Origin: Cladosporium halotolerans
Taxonomy: Eukaryota
Direction of reading: 5' to 3'
DNA length: 64,000 bases
NCBI RefSeq assembly: GCF_011745625.1
Contig: NW_027191452.1
Location: forward strand, 992,001 to 1,056,000
Made by a program: the position numbers and the translations under genes. Below, in pieces: positions 24,301 to 36,393 of this stretch. Positions within the stretch are counted from its first letter, which is position 1; each line of letters starts with the position of its first letter. The notes beneath the pieces were generated by a model. It was not told the origin of the DNA. It did not search any database and saw only the letters and a list, made by a program, of their open reading frames with translations.

Positions 24301-25698
24301 AATGGAAATGGTTGTCGCATATGTATAGACAACGCCATTGAGTTCCTTGCACACAGATGTCGTGACCGGAGGGTATTGAAGCGTTGCAGGCTTGTCGAAT
24401 GACAGTGGCGGGAGGGTCAGCTTACAAGGAGGCTTGCATTGAACACCCGTGGCGGCTTCTCGCCATTGGCCTGTCATTACGGTGACTTCTTCGCCAGCAA
24501 AGGAATAGTTTTGAGAACTAGAACGTGTGAGATGGTCGCCGGTGCTAGTCGTTATCGGTGGCCTGCTCATCCCCTTGCTTGTCTCAGAAGCTGTGACTGA
24601 CACTTCCATCCACCCTGCGCTGGCAGACCCTTTGGATGTCGTGAAGATCCAGGTGCTGTTCTGATGGGCTTCAGAGGGCATTCTCGTAGAGTCAATACTG
24701 CTGCCAGCTATGCCGTCACTCGCAACGCCGGTCTTAGATCCTGATCCGGTCACGCTATCGTTTCCCGTGGTGCCTTTCGAAGAACTTGTTGGACTGTCCT
24801 CACCTAGGCTGGTCATAGCAGAAACGCTTGCAGTGTGAGATCGCAGCTCCGATCTGGTATTGTTCCGGAGAGATGAAGACCTTCCTATGCTCGGTGGCAT
24901 GTTATCTGGCGCAGGTGAAGATGAGTTGATCCATTGGCTCGGCAAGACAGAATGGCTGGAGTGAAGTGATTCATTGAAGGTGCCTGGCGTAGTATGAGGG
25001 GCGAAGCCTGATCCATGCAAGACTGATTCAGAGGTGACAGACTTGCTGGAGACATCACTGCTGGGAACGCCTTGGTTAGACTTCCCTGGTTGAGATCGAG
25101 TAGTAATCGATGATAGAGACGAGCTCAAGCCGTTACTCCTGACAATGCTTTGACTAGAGGTGCCCAATTGAGATCCAGCAGCACTCAACGATTGAGATAA
25201 TCCCAAGAGATCACTCCTGGAAGTGCTCTGGCCATGGGCATCCGATATAGATCGAGCAGTGCTCGATGCTTGGGAAAACCCCGATGTCGTGGTCTCTCCA
25301 TCTGACACGGAAGGGACGTAATAAGGGTTCGGCGTAGCGGCATACAGCGTGCGACTGAATGTGTCCAAGCTGAACTGTGTCCCTCCCAAGGTCGTCACCT
25401 GTCCGGCTGTGAGGGGGACACGGTATGTGCCGAGAGGCCATAGGAAGCCTGATTCAGAAGCGCCTTCTATGGCGACCTTTCTTACCCAAGATGGCGCGAT
25501 TGAGTATGGCAAGCTAGTATCGAACGACCTTGCTTCAATGCGATTGGCTATCGAGGCAGGCGCTGTGACATCTTTGCTAACTTCGAGGCCGTGAACTGTG
25601 ATCTGTGTTGTAGTGACGTGGGTTTTGATGATTGTATGAGCAGCTACTTGGAATGTTGCAGAAAGCAGCAAGAGCCCAGTGAGCCAGTTTGGAGCCAT
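21380..25698 (-). CDS. Large secreted Ser/Thr- and Cys-rich protein with a hevein/CBM18 chitin-binding domain (about 1,422 aa; exons 25698-24059, 24008-21380)
   Basis: Signal peptide MAPNWLTGLLLLSATFQVAA. The 50-nt GTGAGT..CTGAC..CAG intron joins the 547-aa and 800-aa ORFs and completes CGPDAMKSCPDMQCCSANGT|CGTNQESCALDKGCRKSFGSC, the hevein Cys pattern. Confidence 0.85.
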
Positions 25699-27598
25699 GC
25701 TAAACGTCAGCGCCGTGGTACAGAGGCCTGCTGGGTCAGATTTGTAATCGAAATTGCTGCTAGTAGATGTTCTGAATTGAATCAGCTAGCAGATGATCGG
25801 TTGAGCCAGGTGATTGGCCTGCAACAGCACCAGCGAGCGACTTTATAGCGGGATGCTAACCTACAAGCAAGCAAACTATCACACATAATGACCTTCGCTC
25901 GTGCCATTTCGAATCCATGTGCTAGACGAATGCCAATGCGAGTGTGCTGGGCTGCAGCAAACGCGGCGACGGCCACGTCGATGGGTGAATCGAAAAGTGT
26001 CCTGGAGACGGGCAAATACATAGCTCAGCGTGCGGACGAGCAGTTGTTGTTATCTCTCACACATCGAGGGCTCAGTTCTAGGGGCTCTTGAAAATTCTCG
26101 ACTACGATACCTGGGGTGCAAGACCCACGTATCGTCGCAGACATTCTAATTGATAGCAGTGTGCGTTTTGTTTGCAGAACTTGGTGGACGACCGAAGAGA
26201 CGGTGATGTTGACATTTTGGCTGAGAAGACGAAGCCGGCAGCGCTTACGAGAGGTCTCCTGAGGATCATCGAAGCCGATTCGGCCATGTTGGACTCCCAA
26301 GGTCGTAGCATAGCTTTACCGCGCTACCAGCTCTGCCACGATCAGGAGACGATGAAGATCGCATTGAAACAGAAGCCAACTTAGCCATTGAGCCATCACA
26401 TAGCAGTCCCGTGACACAATTCGGTGCCCATCAACAAAGGGGTGGTGAACGCGGCACGCCAGCGTCGGCCGTTCGGCATGGCGGGGCTGAGCTGAATGTG
26501 TGACATGAAGTGATGTCGAGGTTGACTTCTCTAGTGGATCGCGGCACGAGCAACAACGGGCGGGTAAGAGGATCGGTGGAGGAGTAGCAGGGGGAAAGGG
26601 GGGCGTTGTGCACTGGCCGTTGCGGGCACGATGGCAGCGCATCGCTCGCTTATCGACAAGAGGCGGATCTTCAATTAGAACTCCATGTTTACGTACGTCA
26701 TGCACCGGCGATGGCGTGGCACCTGCTCGTGCGACAGCTGCGCGGCGCAAACGGCGAGGGCTGCGGTTGATGCCGGCTACGGGCGAGACTCGCGCGGAAG
26801 GGTTGGCAGATGCAGAGCAGAGGGACAGTAGGTACAGCAGATGCTAACCAGAACGGAGTGCTGACGCGCATGCGAACCGCTGGTCGGGGCCGGGTCAGCA
26901 GGCGAAGGTTTCTGCGCAGTGTTTTCGTCCTTCTCGAAAAGTCTGACGCCGGCTTGGCACACGCAGCAGCGCCCGGGAATCCCCAGCCGGAGCGCGGCCC
27001 ACACAGCAGAGCAGCAGCAGCCAGAGCGGGCAGCCAGCAGCGCCGCTCCGCCAGGCGCGTCCTGCCACTCCGTCGCCGCGAGCAGCGTTGTTTACCTGCC
27101 GCCCGCTGTGCTTGCTCGGCAGCGTCTTCTCATCATCGACACCACCCACAACCACACACCACCGCCGCCACCTCCCTCACCTCCCTCACCACCTCCACCA
27201 CCGCCTCCAACACTCGCTCCGCCCTCACCGCCGCCGCCGCCCGGCCGCTCGACCAGCCCGCCGGCTCCGAAACGCGCGACGGCCTGCGCACTGACTCGCC
27301 CGCCCGCGCGGCACCTGCTCGTCCACCGTATTTGCTCCAACGGTCACCACCTTCTTAGCGTCTCCAGGCTGCCTATATTCATTTGCCTGCGACAAATATC
27401 GCCTCAGCCACCCTCCTCCGCTATATGCCGTTGCCTCCTGGTCGTGACCTTGTCGCTCGCTGGTAGCGATCACGCCTTGCATTTGGGACGAGAGGCCTGA
27501 CGCCGCCGACCTCGCCCACGTCAGACGCCACGACCAAAACAACACCAACAACAACAACACCTCCTCCATCGCACGAACACACCCACGCCGCCAACGCG

Positions 27599-30344
27599 AT
27601 GCCGCCATCTAGTCGCAAGGGCAAGACCCGCGCGCGCCGCGGTGCTCCCGCCGCCGAAGTCAACGAGCCCTCCGACGCAGAGACTCCCGAGGCCATCGCA
27701 ACACCCACACGCGCTTCTCGAAAACGCACACGCGGCAACGATGCTCCGGCGCCTGCCGCTCGCAACACGCGTCGCAAAACCAAAGATACCCGAAATGTTG
27801 AAAGGGAGGACACCGAAGGCACCGAGCCTCACGACGTCAGCGATGATGGCACCGAGCCTGCGCTGCCCAACGAACTCGAGATCGTCGCCAGCTTGAAGGT
27901 CGCGGACAGACAAGTCAATGCCACAGAAGACTTCGCGAACGATCTTCTTGAGGGTCAGGAGAATGTGCCAGGCTATGGTAAGATCGCCGGTCGCGATTGG
28001 GCTTTCATTATTAGGAAGGTGGAAGTCAACATTGGTCGACCGGAGGCTCACGAGAGACTGCCCGCTGAAGATGTTGGCGGGCAAGCCGGCACACCCTCGC
28101 ACAAGACTGTCGTGGACATCGACCTTGGACCTGATCGTCAAGTGTCGAGATCTCACGCGATTATCTCGTACGACGGACCTTCCGGCAGCTGGTTTATCGT
28201 GGTCAATGGCCGCAATGGATTGCGTGTCGATAATAACCTGCTGAAACGCGGCGCCAAGTCGTTCCTCAGGAATGGAAGTGTGATTGAGATCGCAGGAACG
28301 CAAATGGCTTTCATCACCACTCCAAATGACGACGGCGACGGCCCCGTCTGGGACGCGTCGATCATCCGACAGGCGCAAAGGTCTTCCGAAGAAGATGACG
28401 ACGGATACGACGACTCGAGACTCAACGGTCGCCCGCCGCACGCCCACCCTCAGCACCGCGGACAACTACAGGATGCCAACCGTCAACCGCCTCAGTACAA
28501 CACCCAACAGCAACAGCAGCCTCGTACGCACCCACACTCACAGCGTGCCTCGGGACTGCACAGTGGCCCTGCCGCCGTGCCACCCGGTACTCCTCTTCGT
28601 GCCACAACGGGGACTATTTCCAAGTCTTCTCCGTCTGCGAACTATGCTCGCGGCATCACCATGGAGTCGACCGAAAGCATCGATTACTCGTCCAGCACCG
28701 CTAAGGATTTGAAGCCACCGCACTCGTACGCACAGCTTATCGGCATGGCTATCCTTTCCACACAGGAACAGCAGATGACGCTCAACAATATCTACAAATG
28801 GATCATGGCGAACTATGCTTTCTATCGCTTCAACACTGGCGGCTGGCAGAACAGCATCCGCCACAACTTGAGCTTGAACAAAGCTTTCACCAAGATCGCC
28901 CGTCGGACTGATGAGCCTGGAAAGGGAATGAAGTGGATGATTGAGCCGACCGAGTTCGACACATTTGTTCAGCAAGGCATGAAAGGCTGCCGTCGTCCGG
29001 CCGTGCAGGTTCCGATTGGCGCAGCTGGATCTCCCTCCAGCCCGATTCACCCTGTTCGCAACCCGCCGAGTAGCGCCAACGGTGTCAAGCGCAGAGATGA
29101 TGAGACAACACCGCCATTGCCTCCACCGTATCCACGACCAAACCAAGCTTTTACGCCTGACCGTGGCTCCAGGCGAAAGGATGTGGATGGCTCCAACATG
29201 GGCCTGGGCATCAACGAGAATGCCATTGACGCTGCTGGACAGGAGGCAGCGTACAATCTCGACTATCTCCGTTCCACTCCTCGCAACGGACTGACAGCCG
29301 CTGCGAATGCTGCTGGCTCCCCACCTGCCCTTTACGTGAACGACGAGGGACGCGTTGGACCTATGGATACCCCGTTCCCGCTCCGTCCGACTGCCCGCTT
29401 CGCGCCACCAAGCACCTTGCGCCGACCTAGCGACTTCATTCAATTCTCCTCACCCGCGCCTTTCTGGAAGATGGAAGGCCTGGTTGGCAGCACGCCCTTC
29501 AAGCCCTACGACATGAGCCCTCTGAAGACGCCGTTCCTGAGCCTCAAGCCCAAGATCGAACCTGCCAGTGACGAGGATGAGAAGAAAGTCATGGAGTATG
29601 ACGAAGACAAGGCTACCAGCACCGCCGACATCAAGTCGCCGACGTCAGCTGAGGGCGGTGCAAAGTCAGCCGTCGACGAGAAGCCCACCGGCCGTCAGAG
29701 CCCCATCATCCCTTCGTCCTCGCCACCCCGTCCCACCAGCGAGGGTCGCTTTGCTGGTGCTGAAAGTCCGACCGCCGCCCGACCCAGCACCTCTGGCTCC
29801 AAGGGACTCAGCTTGCTCGCTGCAGCAACGAAAGAAGCAGAAAAGCTCCCCGAGTCATCTGAATCTGGCGCCGCGGATTCGCAGCAGCCCGCTCAAGGTG
29901 CGAACGGCTATGCCCACGGCATGCCAAGCGCACACCCTCTCGCTGCGCCCCCATCCCTCCGTCCCAGCCCCATCATCCACAATGGGTTGAACGAGATGCA
30001 CCCGAGCGGCGGCCAGGCCGGTTACCAGCAGTTGCCGCCACCTCCCCACGCCGCGCAGCAGCAGCAGCAGCACCAATACCAGCAACAGCCACAGCACGGC
30101 TACCCCGGAATGGGCGCCGGCGCACAGGACGACGACGACGAGGGAATCGATCTAGCCAAGTGAGTCCCACCTCCTCCCACCGTGTCCGAACTGCACGATG
30201 CTAACTAAATATCACAGGGGCTTCCAGCCAATCGGCTCCTTCCACCAGCGCAACCACATGGGCATGCACAACATGGGCAGCTCGCACCCTCTCGGCGTCG
30301 GCGTCGGCGCCCCCGCTCCCAGAGCTGGCTCTTTCGGCCGTTGA
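27599..30344 (+). CDS. FHA + forkhead domain transcription factor, Fkh1/Fkh2-type (exons 27599-30159, 30218-30344)
   Basis: FHA: NIGR..VSRSHA..NGRNG. Forkhead: KPPHSYAQLIGMAI..GWQNSIRHNLSLNKAF. The intron joins DLA|KGFQPIGSFH. Confidence 0.95.
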
Positions 30345-31190
30345 GCTACGCATGCCCCCCGCCGTAACCGGTCCTCCGCAGGACCCTAATGATTTTTTCC
30401 ACGTACCGAAATCCAACCCAGGATGCTGAACGCGATACACGATTTGGCGCGCGTGAGCACTCGGGCTCATCGCTTCACGGCCTCGAGCCTCGAGTCGCTC
30501 AGCCGCTTTGTTTTGGTTTTTCCCGCTTGGAGTCTGTTTCTTTGGCTTGCTTGCTTTTCATTCTGGGCGCAACAACTGGGCCCGGGCAACCGGGCCGGAT
30601 AGATGGGCACCATTAACCTAACGCGCTGCACGACTTTGATAACGGCAATGGCAGGGTGTTTTTTGCTTTTTGGGAATTTTCGGCGCTGAGAGAGGTTGCT
30701 TTGCTTTTTATCCACTGTAGGAGTATTGGCTTGGCTTGGTCGGGACTATGGATGTATATAAGAATGAATGACGCCAGCTCTCTCTTTCACACACACACGC
30801 TTTGGATTTATGTCTCTTTCTCCCTGTCCTTTGGAATTGTATTTGGGCGGGGTCCGGTGCTGTACTGGTTCCCGCTGAACGATGCCACCAGTGAAGTGGG
30901 ATGTGTTCCAGCGGACATCGCGCATGGCCAGCCAGCTCGTGATCGCGTGAAGTCCCTTGGGAATTTGAAAGGTAGAATTCGGATATGCCGACGCCGGAAA
31001 GCTCCGGGATTGTAGATGTATGATATAAGTAAAGTAGGAAAATGCCCAGCCGCCCCGAACGCCCGAGGTATGATCCGATCCAATGCCATTCCATGTCCTT
31101 CCCTCTATATACGCCCCTCGCGAAGCTCGCAAACCTCAAGAATGAAATTGCAAACCTCACGCCAATGGGAACCAAACCACAGACAGCCCT

Positions 31191-32651
31191 TCAAGGCCTC
31201 CGCCTCAGGTTCCGCCTCAGCCACTCGACGGTCGGCGGGTTGACGATCTCGTTGAACAGCGCGGTGCCCCAGACCAGCAGCGCGAAGCCCAGCACCTGCA
31301 GCCACTTGAACGTCTCCCAGCCCAGGCCCAGCGAGACGAGCCAGATGAAGAGCGTGCGGCACGTGTCGATCGTGCTGCGCGCCGTGGCGGAGATTTGGCG
31401 CGTCACGGAGAGGCCGAAGAAGTTGAAGCCGCTGGTGGGAGGGAGGGAGTGTTAGCTAAGGTATGGGCGATGGGGACGGGGAGAGGGGAGAGAGGAGGGG
31501 GTCTTACCCGATGGAGATCATGATCAGCACGGATGTCACGGCGATGGTGCGGTTGGTGAACATCTCGTGGAAGCCCTCGCGCGCGTCGAAGTAGCCGCCC
31601 TTGCCGCGCGGCGTGCGGCCGATGGCGGCGTGCAGGACGCCGGTCCCCACGAGCGTCACCACGAAGCCGAAGACGCCTTCCCAGCCAACGACTTGGATCG
31701 GGTCCATGCTGTAGCGCTCCATGATCGATTCTTCGAGCACGAACTGCGAGGCGGTGAAGATCTGCGCGCCGGCGATCATGATCACGCCGAGGATCGTTTC
31801 GGCGGGCGTGTGCACCTCAAGAGCGCCAGCGGCGGCGCGCGCGTAGTTGCGGATCAGGTTTCCGTGCATGTCGGGTTCAGGGCTGGTGTCGCCGGGGAGA
31901 GTTGGGGGAGCCTTCTCGAGGGCGCCTGCGAGGCCGACGAGGGCAACACCAGCGACGACGATGAAGAGGGAGCCCCATTTCCAGGCTCCGAGGTGGCGGC
32001 GCAGGAAGATGACGGAGAAAAGGCCGACGAAGAGGACAAGCGCGCCGCGGGTCATTTGGTAGATGCTGGCTGCGACAAAAAGCAGGCCGGCGTTCATGAG
32101 GGTCGTGCCAAGGATATCGCAGATGGCTGGGAGAGCGAGCAGAGTCACCCGCCATCCGTTCAAGGGCATACGCTCGATATTCTCCTCTTGCGCATCGGCA
32201 AATGGCTTCGACGGCAAGTTCGTAGGGTCGACCAGCGTCTGGGAAGCGGAGAGCTCGCCGTGGGCTATCTCGTCATCGAGGTCGGAGCCCGCATCCTCCT
32301 CCAAGTCGCTGCTATCTCGGCGCGGGACTGGTGTGTATTCCGTCTCTTCTATGCTGTCCCCGCCCTTTCCTGTCAAGCGCTTGACCAAGTATGTTCCAAG
32401 TACCACTAGCCAGCAGCCGCTCTCGCCGACGAACATCTGAAGGGTTTGGAGGACGGGCTGCTCGAAGTTCTTGGGTTTGGAGGTGTCGCAGTCGGCTACA
32501 CATTGCATATCCTGCACTAGTTTGTCAATGGCTATTCACGCCTCACTTGTCTCAGGCTCCTACGTACCTGATACTTGGTAAGTAACGTGTTGCAGACGCC
32601 GGTCAACAGCATCATCGCAACCAGGAACGGGACGAAGCCTTTGGTCGACAT
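31191..32651 (-). CDS. SLC35F6-like nucleotide-sugar transporter family membrane protein (introns 32567-32512, 31507-31432)
   Basis: MLLTGVCNTLLTKYQ|D, QTLQMFVGE, LPAICDILGTTLMN, SIYQMTRG, VGWEGVFG, ATARSTIDTCRTLFIW. Confidence 0.9.
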
Positions 32652-33598
32652 GATGGCGTTTCTAATCTGATGTCGCCGGGCAATAGAGACGATGGTCGTA
32701 AAGGTCGCAGGACACTTTCCCTCACCCTCGTCTATCGCAAGAGGGGAGCAGGGTGGAGATGGAGTGAGTCGTAGCAGCACGTGCTCGTGGTCAAGTGAGG
32801 TATGAGCTCACGCGCGCGCGAGCTGATACGCATTGACCTCCCGATTCGGCCGAGGCTGTGACGCTAGCGCATCGGTGAATGAGATGGCATCCAACAGCCG
32901 CATCCTTTGTTCTCGGCTATCGAAAGGCTGGCTATATCTCGTCGAGAGAGACCCATGGCTGACATGGTGATTGCAAGCGCTCCGAGTGGACGTTTCGTGC
33001 ACCTTCTGGCATATAGTAGGTTCTCAAGCCCGAGATCCAATTCCGAGACCAGAAAATTGCGAAAGCCCCAAACAGGTCGGTCGCGATTGATAGTTGCTAT
33101 GTACCTAGGTAGACCGTAACCGCACGAAGCCTAGACATCGATTTGATAACGTTCTAATTTACTCAGACTGCATGGTCAACATGCTACATGCTACATTCCC
33201 AGCTGTCAAAAACGCACGCTCATCGACCTGGGTTCCGGGTGAACATTGGGAACATGTATCTCAGCCCTAACCCTAAGAACCCCAAACTTTGGCGGGGACC
33301 AGAATTACGACATCTTCATCATTGTCCTCGCGTTCAGATTGCCGGACATATTGAACGGAAAATAGCTAAATACTCTGGAAAACCGAAAAGACTACGCTCT
33401 GGCGCTCACCCAGGAAAGTCAGCAATTATCCTGGGCGCACGTCCGGTCAAGCCTACCAGCAGACACTGTTCAACACGGTTCACAAGCAGGCGACATGTCG
33501 TAACAAAATCCCGCCCTGCATTCAATATCCGAACACTGGAATCACGAGACCTCAAAACACACCTAAACGCACTACCCAACCTCACCAACCAACCTACC

Positions 33599-34323
33599 AT
33601 GGACGCCTCCACCCCCGCCTCCACCCGCGTCCTCGCCACCCCCGAACTCCTCGAACTCATCCTCCTCCCCCTGCTCTCCCAACTCCGCGACCCCCTCGAA
33701 AGAGAAGACCCACGGTCGCCCAAAACCCGCCAGAACGCCACCGTCCTGCTCTCCCTCCTCGCCCTCCGCGCCACAAACCGCACCTTCTCCGCCCTCCTCA
33801 CCACCACCTCCCCCCGCCTGCGCCGCGCCCTCTTCCTCGCCCCCGCCCACCCCCAACCCGCAGCTGGAGCTCCGAGTCCGCCGGCCACCTGCCCGCCCCC
33901 CTGCGCTCCTTCTACCGCTGCCCGGCCCTCAAAGCCCCCCCTCTCCTCAACCCCATCGCCCAAACGACTTTCCCCGCCTACCACTTCCGCTTCTGGCACC
34001 TGGCCCCCGAGGCCTCAGGGAACAGGTACTGCGCGTACCTGATCGTCTCGCGCGACGACCTGCGCGCGTACCGCGCCGTCGTGGCGCGCGGCCCGAAAGT
34101 GCTCGACCGGATGCTGCTGGCGCAGCCGCCGGCGGTGGCGCTCGAGGCGCGGATCTGGGACGAGCGCGACGAGACGCGGGAGTATCTGGGGCGGACGGCG
34201 GAGCTGGCGGACCCGAGGATCGAGAGTCGGGAGGGGCTGACGGTGGGGGAGGTGCATAGGCGGGTCGGGGAGATGTTCGATCGGCATGCGGATGTGGTTG
34301 CTATTAAGCTGACGACTGTGTGA
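33599..34323 (+). CDS. F-box-like protein whose reading frame is broken by an apparent 1-bp frameshift at about 33841-33858 (sequencing error or pseudogene)
   Basis: N-terminus RVLATPELLELILL is a fungal F-box-like start and runs to LRRALFLAP. The protein-like continuation (PLLNPIAQTTFPAYHFRFWH..GLTVGEV..AIKLTTV*) lies in another frame with no GT-AG intron between them. Confidence 0.65.
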
Positions 34324-35262
34324 GGGGTGGCGGGAGGGGGTTGGTGTTTGGGGGAGCGATGCGCGGTGCCCTTGTTCGCGGAGGGAACCGTGGTGGGACT
34401 CATTTTGGGGGATCTGTCCGTTCTGGTCACAGGGCGTGTAGGCGTCTCCTGAGAAAGCCCGGCAAGGAGGGGAGATGTCAACGCCCGCGGGCAAAGGAGC
34501 CAGACAGAGCCGGCGGGGTAGAGAGAAAGCGCGTGGGCCGAGCTGAGGGTGAAGGAGGTGCTGTGGAAGAAGGCAGCTTCACCTCAGGTATCGCAAAACA
34601 TGTGGTGAGAGCCAAGAGGCTCGCTAGCAGGGCCATTACTGGTCAAGGCAATAGCGAAAAGAGGGTGGTCACGAGACTGTTGGTAATGAAGACATCGAAG
34701 TAATTAAGTGCGCGGTCATATGGAAGGCGTACGGAGTGAATAATAGAGGAGAACAGAATAGGCATGCATAGCGATTTTCTTCCATTAAGCCTAGAAACCT
34801 ACCACACGTCCCCTTGCTGTCCGCAGCGATACCAGTCTTCTTGTTATTGTTGTGAGCCTCCCCCTAATAGAACACCTTATTCAAATCAAACAGCAAAAGA
34901 CCCCAGACCTCCCAGAAACTCCTCCCAAACAAGCAAAAGCGAAAACGAACCCAGAAAACAAAAAACCAGAGCAATGCATACGCCTTGACTTTCCACTTCG
35001 CGGTGGATGGGCGTGGGTATCGTTACAAGCATTCCCCCGCCGGAAGACGCAGTCTCGGAGCGGGGAAAAAAAGCATTAAAATCAAAGGGCCGTCAGGGGC
35101 CGTTGTGTGCTGAGTTTGGAGGAGTGTGTGTGGCTGGGTGTTTCCAGAGTCGGCTAGGAGTTGTGGAGTTCGGGTGGCGTTGTGGTCAAGTCGGGTGATC
35201 AAGTCGGAGGTTGACATACTCTTGCGACCGAGTGCAAGTGCTCCAATGGCCCTTGAAGCCGA

Positions 35263-36393
35263 TCAATCCTCCCAGATCGTCTCCAAATCAAGATCCGCCC
35301 TCCTCTCGCCGCCGCAAACACTCCACCGCTTCCTCTCCCTGCCAGAACCGCCGTTCCGACCAAAGCCGAAGCCTCTCGGCACGTCCAGACTCCGCCGCCT
35401 CGGTCCGTCCTCCTCCTCGTCACTCTCCGCAATCAGCTTAAGTCGCTGTGAATCCTCCTCGGCGGCTTCGGACTCGAGATCGGGCACGTCCTCGATGGTG
35501 TCAAGGGAGCTGATAGAGGGCGAGCGGGAGCGGACTGAGGATGGAGTGGAGGAGATGGAGCTGAAGGAGCTGTTGCTGGCGTGGTGGTGGAGGGCTAGAC
35601 CGGAGGGGAATGCCTCGTTGTATTTCTGTGGACCGAGGCTGGGGCTGGAGGATGCGGAGCCGGAGCTCATGTTCAGAATGGTGTTCTGGTCGATCACGTT
35701 GGCGGGGAAAGAAGTCGGGGCCTGCTGCGCGTTTGTGGGCGCATTGGCGAAACTGTGCAGTGGTGAGGCGGGCCGGCGTCTCAGAGAGCCAGAGCGCGAG
35801 AAGGATGCACTTGCAGCTGCGGCAGGTTGTTGGCGGGGAGTGATATCCAGCTCGCTGTCCTCTTGAATGATCTCGATCGCCCCACCAGATGTAGCGGTGT
35901 TGTCATACCAGCTGGGCGACCGGGGAGGCGGTGCGTAGGCCTCTTCTTGTCCTGGCTTGAAAGGCGAGCGTACTCTCGCGGGCGAGCGGTGCGCCGGTGA
36001 GGGAGACAGTGAGCCGCTAGAAGGAGGGCTGGCAGACGATAGTTCGAAGGCTCGGTACGCTGAGTTTGCGGTAGGCAGGGAGTGTGCTCGGGCCATAGGT
36101 GGTGCTGCTAGCGGAGAGCCGCTGGAGCGAGATCGAAGGTGGGAGCGGGCGTAGGGGGATCGGTTGCGGTGGCTTGAGGTCGGGCGACTGGCGGGTGGGC
36201 TGGAGAAGTATGTCTGCAAGAGGGCGGCGGGCGAGGGTTCGGTGTGACTACGTGAAGAGTCTGGGCGGAGTTTAGGCAGGGCGTGTGCTATGTCCATGTC
36301 CACGGCGTGGGTGGGTGGTGTCGCAGGCTCTGCGGACTCGACGGAGCGGTAAGGCAGGGCCTGATCGGGGTTGTCGGGGCGGTTGTTGTGCAT
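35263..36393 (-). CDS. Conserved fungal disordered Ser/Pro/Arg-rich protein (about 376 aa) ending RKRWSVCGGERRADLDLETIWED
   Basis: First plausible ATG at 36393 (MHNNRP) within the 632-aa ORF. The compact C-terminal motif looks conserved. Start position is uncertain. Confidence 0.75.
   Translation of the reverse strand: MHNNRPDNPDQALPYRSVESAEPATPPTHAVDMDIAHALPKLRPDSSRSHTEPSPAALLQTYFSSPPASRPTSSHRNRSPYARSHLRSRSSGSPLAAPPMARAHSLPTANSAYRAFELSSASPPSSGSLSPSPAHRSPARVRSPFKPGQEEAYAPPPRSPSWYDNTATSGGAIEIIQEDSELDITPRQQPAAAASASFSRSGSLRRRPASPLHSFANAPTNAQQAPTSFPANVIDQNTILNMSSGSASSSPSLGPQKYNEAFPSGLALHHHASNSSFSSISSTPSSVRSRSPSISSLDTIEDVPDLESEAAEEDSQRLKLIAESDEEEDGPRRRSLDVPRGFGFGRNGGSGRERKRWSVCGGERRADLDLETIWED

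Noticed and set aside
33188..33598. Upstream extension of the F-box-like ORF
   Set aside because: Composition looks non-coding. F-box-like motifs normally sit at the N-terminus, and ATG 33599 has a good context.
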